A stretch of DNA of 26,422 nucleotides from a bacterium. Its GTDB lineage: Bacteria; Patescibacteriota; Minisyncoccia; UBA6257; GWB1-50-10. Shown in pieces: positions 16,997-23,282 of the stretch (position 1 is its first letter; every line of letters starts with the position of its first letter). The notes beneath the pieces are model-generated. The model saw nothing but the letters and a program-made list of their open reading frames with translations. It was not told the DNA's origin and searched no databases. A program made the translations under genes and the position numbers. The DNA lies in the NCBI GenBank assembly GCA_021791135.1, contig JAJYXD010000076.1, positions 1 through 26,422 of the forward strand, read 5' to 3'.

Positions 16997-18763
16997 TTAT
17001 CCCTCGTCGCTGAACTGAAGATCGTGAAGGCGCTTGTAGGTCGGGCTCTTTTTCAGCAATTCTTTATGTTTCCCTATCGCCTCGATCTGATTGTCTTTGA
17101 ATACTACAATCGCATCGGCGCGAAGAATGGTCGAGAGACGATGCGCGATGATAATCGACGTTCTGTCTTTCACGAGCGCATCGGTCGCCTTACTGATCAA
17201 TCGCTCGCTCTCCGTATCCAGATGACTCGTCGCCTCGTCCAAGATGAGAATCCTCGGATCCCGAAGTACCGCGCGCGCGATACCGACCCTCTGGCGCTCG
17301 CCGCCCGAAAGTTTGATGCCGCGTTCTCCCACGAGTGTCTCATATCCCTTCTCGAGTTCCAAAATGAAATCGTGCGCAAGCGCCGTTTTTGCGGCGTTCT
17401 CGATCTGGGTTTTTGAAACACTGGGCTGTCCATAGGCGATGTTCTCCGCGACGGTTCTCGAAAAGAGATCTACTTCCTGCGGCACGACCGCGATCTGGCG
17501 GCGCAGGCTCTCCTGCGTCACGTCGCGAATGTCGACGCCGTCGATCGAGATTGTTCCTTTTTGCGGATCGAATGACCGCAAAAGCAGATTAATGAAGGTG
17601 GTTTTACCGCTTCCCGATCTTCCGACAAGGGCGACGGTTTTCCCGGCGGGAATCACGAGATTGATATCCTTGAGCGCCCATTGCTTGTCATTTCGATACG
17701 CGAACGAAACATTTTTGAATTCGATCTGCGTCTTGAGCGACGGCAGGTCGATCGCGTCGGGTTTGTCGTTTACCATCACCGGCTCGTCGAGCACCGCAAA
17801 CAATCGTTCCACCCGCGTCGCGTTGCGCCGTAAGCGCGGGAAGATAATCGAGAGCTGTGCGAGCGGCTGATACGCCATGTTTTGAAGGGTGATGAAAAGC
17901 ACGAACTCGCCGATCGTCGCCGTGCCGTTAAACACGAACCATGCGCTTAAGAGAAGTACCGCAACGCGCCCCACGGTCGCAATCGTTGTCTGCACGTTTT
18001 CGACGACTCCCCACAGGCGTTCCGCGCTGTATTGGATCTCGCGCGCTTCGATTAAAAGCAGTCGTTCGTGTTCCGTTTCTTCTTTTTCCTGTGAGAACTT
18101 TTTTACCGTAAGCACGTTTCCCGCAACGTCGTACAGTTCTCTCGAGACGTTTTCGAACGCGTCGTTCGCGCGCTGTTCGATCTCGTAGATCTTCTTCGAC
18201 AGGCTTCTTGTTATGAAAAAATACACCGGGAACGGCACGAGCACCGCGAGCGCGATCCACGCATTTTCGTAGAGCAGCGCGCCGAAAGTGCCTACGAACA
18301 CCACGAGCGGCGGAAGCAGATTCTGCCCCATAATGTCGTTCAAAATCACCCAGACGGCGGTGCCGCCGCGCTCGATGCGGCCGATAATCTGCCCGCTCGA
18401 AGAGCCGTGATGAAAGAGCGCGTGCAGCTTGAGATACTTCTCGAATGCCGCATTTCGTATCCTGTCCTCTACTTTCGTCACGAACTTAAAGAGATGGTAG
18501 TTGTAGGCGGACTGGACGCTGCTACTTACGACGGTCGCCACAAGAATCCCAAGCGCGGAGTATAAAAGCACATTTATGGGGAGCGGTCCTCCGCTTTTAA
18601 GGAAGTTCGTCAACGAATCGATGAGAGATCGTGAAATGAAGGGTACCGCGATATTCGCGCCTTGGGACACCACAATGAGCGCAAACAAAAAAAGAACCGT
18701 GCCTTTTCGGTGTTTTGCAAGCGCGAGAACGCGCCGAACCGTTGATGGTTGCTTTACTGACAT
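16997..18763 (-). CDS. ABC exporter, fused permease and ATPase (MsbA-like)
   Basis: N-terminal TM domain; Walker A GRSGSGKT, LSGGERQR signature, ILILDEATSHLD, IIIAHRLST. Confidence 0.95.
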   Translation of the reverse strand: MSVKQPSTVRRVLALAKHRKGTVLFLFALIVVSQGANIAVPFISRSLIDSLTNFLKSGGPLPINVLLYSALGILVATVVSSSVQSAYNYHLFKFVTKVEDRIRNAAFEKYLKLHALFHHGSSSGQIIGRIERGGTAVWVILNDIMGQNLLPPLVVFVGTFGALLYENAWIALAVLVPFPVYFFITRSLSKKIYEIEQRANDAFENVSRELYDVAGNVLTVKKFSQEKEETEHERLLLIEAREIQYSAERLWGVVENVQTTIATVGRVAVLLLSAWFVFNGTATIGEFVLFITLQNMAYQPLAQLSIIFPRLRRNATRVERLFAVLDEPVMVNDKPDAIDLPSLKTQIEFKNVSFAYRNDKQWALKDINLVIPAGKTVALVGRSGSGKTTFINLLLRSFDPQKGTISIDGVDIRDVTQESLRRQIAVVPQEVDLFSRTVAENIAYGQPSVSKTQIENAAKTALAHDFILELEKGYETLVGERGIKLSGGERQRVGIARAVLRDPRILILDEATSHLDTESERLISKATDALVKDRTSIIIAHRLSTILRADAIVVFKDNQIEAIGKHKELLKKSPTYKRLHDLQFSDEG

Positions 18764-18867
18764 AAGACCTATTTATAACGAACTAAAGGCGAAAAAGTTT
18801 CTTGGCGGAGAGGGTGAGATTTGAACTCACGAAATCCTTTCGGATTTACCAATTTTCCCGCACAAAG

Positions 18868-18954
18868 CGGAAGGTGGAGGATTCGAACCTCCGAGAGAAT
18901 TTCTCCTCTACCGCATTTCAAGTGCGGCGCATTCGACCACTCTGCCAACCTTCC
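18868..18954 (-). tRNA. tRNA-Ser(TGA) nested inside the interrupted tRNA-Ser
   Basis: GGAAGGT/ACCTTCC acceptor, CCGCA-CT-TGA-AA-TGCGG, long variable arm, GGAGG-TTCGAAT-CCTCC, G73; no encoded CCA. Confidence 0.93.
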
Positions 18955-18970
18955 GCTTTGGGCGGGATTG

Positions 18971-19019
18971 CGATTTGTACCTAAAAATTCTACGTGAGCT
19001 TGAATTTTTAGACAAATCG
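18971..19019. repeat. 18-bp AT-rich hairpin with a 2-nt bulge inside the tRNA insertion
   Basis: CGATTTGT-ac-CTAAAAATTC-(11 nt)-GAATTTTTAG-ACAAATCG. Confidence 0.85.
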
Positions 19020-19065
19020 GGAACAAGACCGGCGCATTCGGCCGGGCTCTGCCACCTCTCCGTTG

Positions 19066-19138
19066 TGGACCGTATCGGGCTCGAACCGACGACCTCTTCG
19101 ATGCCATCGAAGCGCTCTACCAACTGAGCTAACGGCCC
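19066..19138 (-). tRNA. tRNA-Ala(GGC)
   Basis: GGGCCGT/ACGGTCC acceptor, CTTCG-AT-GGC-AT-CGAAG, GTCGG-TTCGAGC-CCGAT. Confidence 0.95.
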
Positions 19139-19815
19139 GCTATCACTTCTATTGCTTTCAGTATGTCATTTAAAACCCAAGACGAAAAGAAATCAATCCT
19201 GCAAACCCCTTTATATTCTGGCTTCCTAGATTTTTTACCTACTGTTCTTGGATCAATTCTCGCTTTGTAAAAGCTGCCAAGGGGGATCTTGGTAATACTG
19301 TGCCAATACTGTTCCAACTCTTTTACATTTTGGTCGGCTCTACATTGAACTGTACATCGGAATTTCGACTCATCAATTTTATAACACCTCCTGAAAAGTC
19401 CCAAAAACAACTTTATTACTCTAGGATTAGAATTCCCAAATGTGAGCGTACTGTGCTTAGGATTTTTTGTTCCCTCTCCTAAATAAAGAGTGATGAGAAC
19501 AAGTTTAGCAATATTATTATTCTTGAGTAAGCTCGCCAAATGCTTATTATCCTCAAACAGTTTTGCTAAGAAGCGGGCTCTTTTCTCTTCTCTCACTTTT
19601 TTTGCTTCTTCTCTCCCTTTTGCCATTTTTAGGTTCTGTCTTGTTTTCAAAGTAATTTTAAGTTTTCTTGATAACTCAAATTCTCCGAACCACAAAGATA
19701 GGGTGCTTTTAGGTATTTTGGTACCGAGATAACTATTTATCTCCGAGTAAGTTTTGCTGCTTGTACGCAGATTTATTGCTCTGCTTTTAAAGTGCGAGAA
19801 GTTAGAACGGGACAC
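19129..19815 (-). CDS. HTH plus single LAGLIDADG-like domain protein
   Basis: N-terminal HTH-like KTYSEINSYLGTKIPKSTLSLWF; LITLYLGEG motif, then LTFGNSNPRVIKLFL; likely GTG start at 19815; stop lies 10 nt inside tRNA-Ala. Confidence 0.72.
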   Translation of the reverse strand: MSRSNFSHFKSRAINLRTSSKTYSEINSYLGTKIPKSTLSLWFGEFELSRKLKITLKTRQNLKMAKGREEAKKVREEKRARFLAKLFEDNKHLASLLKNNNIAKLVLITLYLGEGTKNPKHSTLTFGNSNPRVIKLFLGLFRRCYKIDESKFRCTVQCRADQNVKELEQYWHSITKIPLGSFYKARIDPRTVGKKSRKPEYKGVCRIDFFSSWVLNDILKAIEVIAGR

Positions 19816-19821
19816 ATCTGA

Positions 19822-19850
19822 ATTGTACCCCCGGTTTACCCATGTCGCAA
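19822..19850 (-). promoter_or_regulatory. sigma70 promoter for the LAGLIDADG-like ORF
   Basis: TTGCGA-N17-TACAAT, 6 nt before GTG. Confidence 0.55.
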
Positions 19851-19879
19851 GCAACTCAACTGCCTTTCTATTCTTGGTG

Positions 19880-19951
19880 TGCGCCCACGAGGGATCGAGC
19901 CTCGGACCTTTTGCGTGTCATGCAAACGCTCTACCACTGAGCTATGGGCGC
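19880..19951 (-). tRNA. tRNA-Val(GAC), atypical C54
   Basis: GCGCCCA/TGGGCGC acceptor, TTTGC-AT-GAC-AC-GCAAA, T loop CTCGATC. Confidence 0.88.
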
Positions 19952-20021
19952 TCGCGTTTTTCTAATATATCAGGAGACGCGTTGCGAGACAAGTTGATTT
20001 CAATTATAACTATTAATGTTT

Positions 20022-20093
20022 GCCCTCGTAGTTCAATGGAAAGAACTGCTCACTCCTAACGAGCCAATCGAGGTCCGATTCCTCGCGAGGGCA
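20022..20093 (+). tRNA. tRNA-Arg(CCT), atypical C55 and A31-C39 mismatch
   Basis: GCCCTCG/CGAGGGC acceptor, GCTCA-CT-CCT-AA-CGAGC, T loop TCCGATT. Confidence 0.85.
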
Positions 20094-20139
20094 CTAAATT
20101 GCCTCGTAAAGCAAAATCTGATAGCGTAAATCACCAGAA

Positions 20140-20229
20140 GGAGGGTTCGCATAGTGGTCTAGTGCGGCGCACTCGAAATGCGCTTGGGGAGAAATCCCCT
20201 CACAGGTTCAAATCCTGTACCCTCCGCCA
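20140..20229 (+). tRNA. tRNA-Ser(CGA)
   Basis: GGAGGGT/ACCCTCC acceptor, GCGCA-CT-CGA-AA-TGCGC, long variable arm, ACAGG-TTCAAAT-CCTGT, G-CCA. Confidence 0.95.
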
Positions 20230-20235
20230 GTTAGG

Positions 20236-20359
20236 AAATATCCGAACGGAACTGGCTGGGCTCGGCGGGCGGAATTCCCCCCACGCCCCCCTTCCGCCCG
20301 CCTCGCCTTGCCTGCCCGACCGAAACTCTTGAGTGAAGGCGGGAACCGGAGCGGAAAGG
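20236..20359 (+). repeat. Left 124-bp inverted repeat
   Basis: Base-by-base identical to the reverse complement of 21747-21870. Confidence 0.95.
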
Positions 20360-20513
20360 CAAACTGCCAAAGAACCTGTCAAAAATGTCGGCTTGAACTT
20401 TATTTTGGCCAGAAGCGGGCTTTTCTTTTCTGAATTGAAATAAATCATAAAATTTGATAGTATGATACTGATAGTGTATCAAATCATTTTAATACTATCA
20501 AAATACTGCGAGT

Positions 20514-20720
20514 ATGGCAATTGGAAATAACATAGGCGAAAATATCAAGAAACGCCGAACGAAAATGGGGCTTTCGCAAGAGGATTTTGCCCAAAAGTCA
20601 GGCGTGAAATATACGACACTTACCAAGATTGAAAGCGGAGTCATCAAAACGCCGTCTGTGATTATGGTAGAAAAAATCGCGAAAGCCCTCGGCGTTTCTA
20701 TTGAGGATTTATTGAAATAA
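20514..20720 (+). CDS. XRE-family HTH transcriptional regulator
   Basis: NIKKRRTKMGLSQEDFAQKSGVKYTTLTKIESG...PSVIMVEKIAKALGVSIEDLL. Confidence 0.93.
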   Translation: MAIGNNIGENIKKRRTKMGLSQEDFAQKSGVKYTTLTKIESGVIKTPSVIMVEKIAKALGVSIEDLLK

Positions 20721-20721
20721 T

Positions 20722-21184
20722 ATGGACTGGATTACAATAATTTCTATTATTATATCTCCAATACTCGCATTCCTTTTGTGGAGTATTTATGGATTTATCA
20801 AATATAAGCGAAACGAGGGTGAAGCCAAAAAAAATAATTCATCAGTGCGTATCAAAAGGAATGCCTTTGGAAAAAGCTGTTTTGCTAACTTCCTCCAACC
20901 TTAACGAGAGTCATAAACTTGGCTTAAGTCCAAATACGATAAACATAGTGGCTAGCAAAATCTCTGGACTGACAGCAAAAATGGATTCGGATAATGTGAT
21001 AGAGATTTACGCAACATTTTTGCACAGGTATTTTTTTGAAACGGATTCATTAAAAACCTCGGCGGGAATTTCTGACACTCAAATTTTATACGCAATCGAA
21101 TCTATGGAATTTAATGAGCGGAACGGGTATTTTGTTCTCAAGCCAGATCACGGAGAAAAAGACGATCCGAAATATCCACGCTAA
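20722..21184 (+). pseudogene. Membrane-anchored hypothetical protein split by an A8 run (ORFs 20722..20904 and 20789..21184)
   Basis: Removing one A from 20827-20834 joins MDWITIISIIISPILAFLLWSIYGF...EAKK to IIHQCVSKG... giving 153 aa. Confidence 0.6.
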
Positions 21185-21190
21185 ATCTCT

Positions 21191-21718
21191 ATGGACAAAA
21201 CGAAAATTACAACAAAAGAATTCGTACAAGGATTACTTTATACTTTGGTAAAATTTTCTAATCATTTTTATGAAGATTTTGGTGCGCGTGCGATGGTAGC
21301 ACTTGGAATTAAACTTGATGTGGGGCAACTAGTAACTTTAAAAAGAGAAGTTTACATGATCAACATGTGGATTACATCTAAAATTTTGAGTCCAGATAAA
21401 AAAATTCTCGACGAATTCCATAAGAAATATCTTTTTGCTCATGCAGACATGGCCAAGACTGAACAGGGGGAAATCGATTTTCCAAAAATTGCTGAAAAAG
21501 AATTGCATGAAAGATACGCTAAATATTATGCTGATTGGAACGATAAGGGTAGCGAGCAATTTATTTTGGCAATGACTATGCTTGAATATATGCTCAATAA
21601 AGGGCAGCCCGATAAACGTTTTGTGCGTATAGATTTACAATTTTTTGTTATTCAACACATTTATGGGATGATGAAATTTATTATGGATTTCAGGGAAAAG
21701 CATGAAATTATTGATTGA
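21191..21718 (+). CDS. Hypothetical protein, 175 aa
   Basis: Intact AT-rich ORF 6 nt after the upstream stop; no motif recognised. Confidence 0.75.
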   Translation: MDKTKITTKEFVQGLLYTLVKFSNHFYEDFGARAMVALGIKLDVGQLVTLKREVYMINMWITSKILSPDKKILDEFHKKYLFAHADMAKTEQGEIDFPKIAEKELHERYAKYYADWNDKGSEQFILAMTMLEYMLNKGQPDKRFVRIDLQFFVIQHIYGMMKFIMDFREKHEIID

Positions 21719-21746
21719 ATGCCGCCAAAGAAAAACTTGAAATCGT

Positions 21747-21870
21747 CCTTTCCGCTCCGGTTCCCGCCTTCACTCAAGAGTTTCGGTCGGGCAGGCAAGG
21801 CGAGGCGGGCGGAAGGGGGGCGTGGGGGGAATTCCGCCCGCCGAGCCCAGCCAGTTCCGTTCGGATATTT
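21747..21870 (-). repeat. Right 124-bp inverted repeat
   Basis: Perfect reverse complement of 20236-20359. Confidence 0.95.
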
Positions 21871-21987
21871 TCAAACAGACACCGCAACATAAAAACCTTT
21901 TAGATCAAAAAAAATCGCTCAAAAATTATTTTTTTTCTAAAATCCTGAAATTTTTTTCGATTTTCGTATTTTTCTCAAAAAACAGAG

Positions 21988-21996
21988 TTATCCACA
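21988..21996 (+). promoter_or_regulatory. Single consensus DnaA box
   Basis: TTATCCACA, 22 nt upstream of TATAAT (22019-22024). Confidence 0.5.
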
Positions 21997-22107
21997 GATT
22001 TTCGCAAATCAAATAATCTATAATAAGAGAGTAGAGGAAATGAATGCGATTGGTGGTCGACGATCCAACGTTCATTTCGAAATTCAATGAGCTACGGCTC
22101 GAAAGAA

Positions 22108-22173
22108 ATGGCAAAGAAAAAAGTAAAGAAGGCCGCTCCGAAAAAGAAGAGGGCCTCAAAGAAGAAGAAATAG
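22108..22173 (+). CDS. Lys-rich micro-ORF MAKKKVKKAAPKKKRASKKKK (28 aa if ATG 22087 is used)
   Basis: Read directly from the sequence; below the 60-aa track cut-off; lies between a TATAAT box and a strong terminator. Confidence 0.6.
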   Translation: MAKKKVKKAAPKKKRASKKKK

Positions 22174-22182
22174 TCTTTTTCC

Positions 22183-22213
22183 ACCCACCCCTCAAACCGA
22201 GGGGTGGGTTTTT
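22183..22213 (+). terminator. Intrinsic terminator
   Basis: ACCCACCCCTC-AAACC-GAGGGGTGGGT-TTTT. Confidence 0.85.
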
Positions 22214-22235
22214 GCTTATTTGCTACAATAAACCT

Positions 22236-23282
22236 ATGAGAAAAGAACACTCGAGAATCATCAGGACCGTGAGAAACGTAATGCCGACCGTGGTCTCGAT
22301 CGTACTCACAAAAAGCATCAACGACCTAAAGAAAGAGCTCCCGAAGCTTAAAAGGAAAGGAGGGGAAAAAACGGAGCTGGTCATCCCTCAAGAAAAGATC
22401 GACGCCCATGGGATGGTACAGGTGGGAGGCGGATCCGGCTTTATCGTCGACCCGCAAGGCATCATACTCACCAACAAACACGTGGTGAACGAACCCGATG
22501 TCACCTACATGATAATCACTAGCGACGGAAAGGAATATCCCGGTGAAATCTTGGCGCGAGATCCTCTAAACGACGTCGCCATTCTGAAGATCAAGCCGGA
22601 AGTAAAACTTCCGGCAATCAGTTTGGGAGACTCCGACACACTGGAGCTGGGACAGACGGTGCTCGCATTCGGAAATGCGCTCGGACTTTTTAAAAACACG
22701 GTCTCACAGGGCATCGTTTCGGGCCTCTCCCGATCGGTTGAAGCGAAGGCCGATGCGCAAGCGCCGACCCAGGAACTTCGCGGACTCATTCAAACCGACG
22801 CGGCAATCAATCCAGGTAACTCCGGAGGACCGCTTGTGGATGTTTTCGGGAGAGCGATCGGCATCAATGCAGCAGTCGTCGTCGGTGCACAGAATATCAG
22901 CTTTGCGATTCCCGTGAAAGCGGCATGGCACGACATAAAAGATCTACAGGAACACGGGCGAATACGGAAACCGCTCTTCGGAGTTCGTTACGTAATCTTG
23001 AATCACGACACGAGCGAGAAAATGAAACTGCCCGTCGAGTACGGCGCATACGTCACGAAAGAACACTCGTTCGACAACGCGGTCGTTCCGGGAAGCCCCG
23101 CCGCGCAAGGCGGAATCTGCGAACACGATATCATTCTTTCCTGGAACGGCAAAAAGATCGCGTCGGAATCGACACTTCAGGATTTTCTTGAAGACTGCGA
23201 GGTGGGAGAAAAAGTTACCCTTTCCGTACTAAGGAAGGGGAAGTCCTTCGAGACGAAAGTAACGCTTGCTGAAAGGAAGTAG
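22236..23282 (+). CDS. HtrA/DegP-family serine protease with one PDZ domain
   Basis: GSGFIV, ILTNKHVV, DVAILKI, IQTDAAINPGNSGGPL; PDZ region with GSPAAQGG; TG-C-TACAAT extended -10 just before ATG 22236. Confidence 0.93.
   Translation: MRKEHSRIIRTVRNVMPTVVSIVLTKSINDLKKELPKLKRKGGEKTELVIPQEKIDAHGMVQVGGGSGFIVDPQGIILTNKHVVNEPDVTYMIITSDGKEYPGEILARDPLNDVAILKIKPEVKLPAISLGDSDTLELGQTVLAFGNALGLFKNTVSQGIVSGLSRSVEAKADAQAPTQELRGLIQTDAAINPGNSGGPLVDVFGRAIGINAAVVVGAQNISFAIPVKAAWHDIKDLQEHGRIRKPLFGVRYVILNHDTSEKMKLPVEYGAYVTKEHSFDNAVVPGSPAAQGGICEHDIILSWNGKKIASESTLQDFLEDCEVGEKVTLSVLRKGKSFETKVTLAERK

Larger units (their letters stand above)
18803..19061 (-). tRNA. Interrupted tRNA-Ser (anticodon GGA or TGA depending on junction register): 5' exon about 19026-19061, 3' exon about 18803-18858, 167-nt insertion
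   Basis: 5' half GGAGAGG-TG-GCA-GAGCCCGGCCGAA-TGC-G-CCGGT-CT; 3' half GGA-AA-ATTGG, variable arm AAATCC-GAAA-GGATTT, GTGAG-TTCAAAT-CTCAC, CCTCTCC-G-CCA. Confidence 0.85.
20236..21870. mobile_element. Putative non-autonomous or invertible island bounded by 124-bp IRs, 6 bp downstream of tRNA-Ser(CGA)
   Basis: Perfect IRs, AT-rich cargo (XRE regulator plus hypotheticals), no recombinase inside. Confidence 0.65.

Noticed and set aside
18859-19025. tRNA insertion as a group I, group II or archaeal BHB intron
   Set aside because: Only about 80 nt besides the inner tRNA; no P7-like conserved elements or domain V; GTGCG occurs at the 3' end rather than the 5' end; the junction forms a 4x1 internal loop, not a 3-4-3 BHB.
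21722-21727. CCGCCA as an attR duplication of the tRNA-Ser(CGA) 3' end
   Set aside because: Only 6 bp, and it lies inside the inverted repeats; expected by chance.
21900-22030. AT-rich region with a DnaA box as oriC
   Set aside because: Only one perfect box; no box cluster and no dnaA/dnaN nearby.
22044-22235. N-terminal extension of HtrA shown in the ORF track
   Set aside because: It crosses a strong terminator and the micro-ORF; a promoter sits right before ATG 22236.
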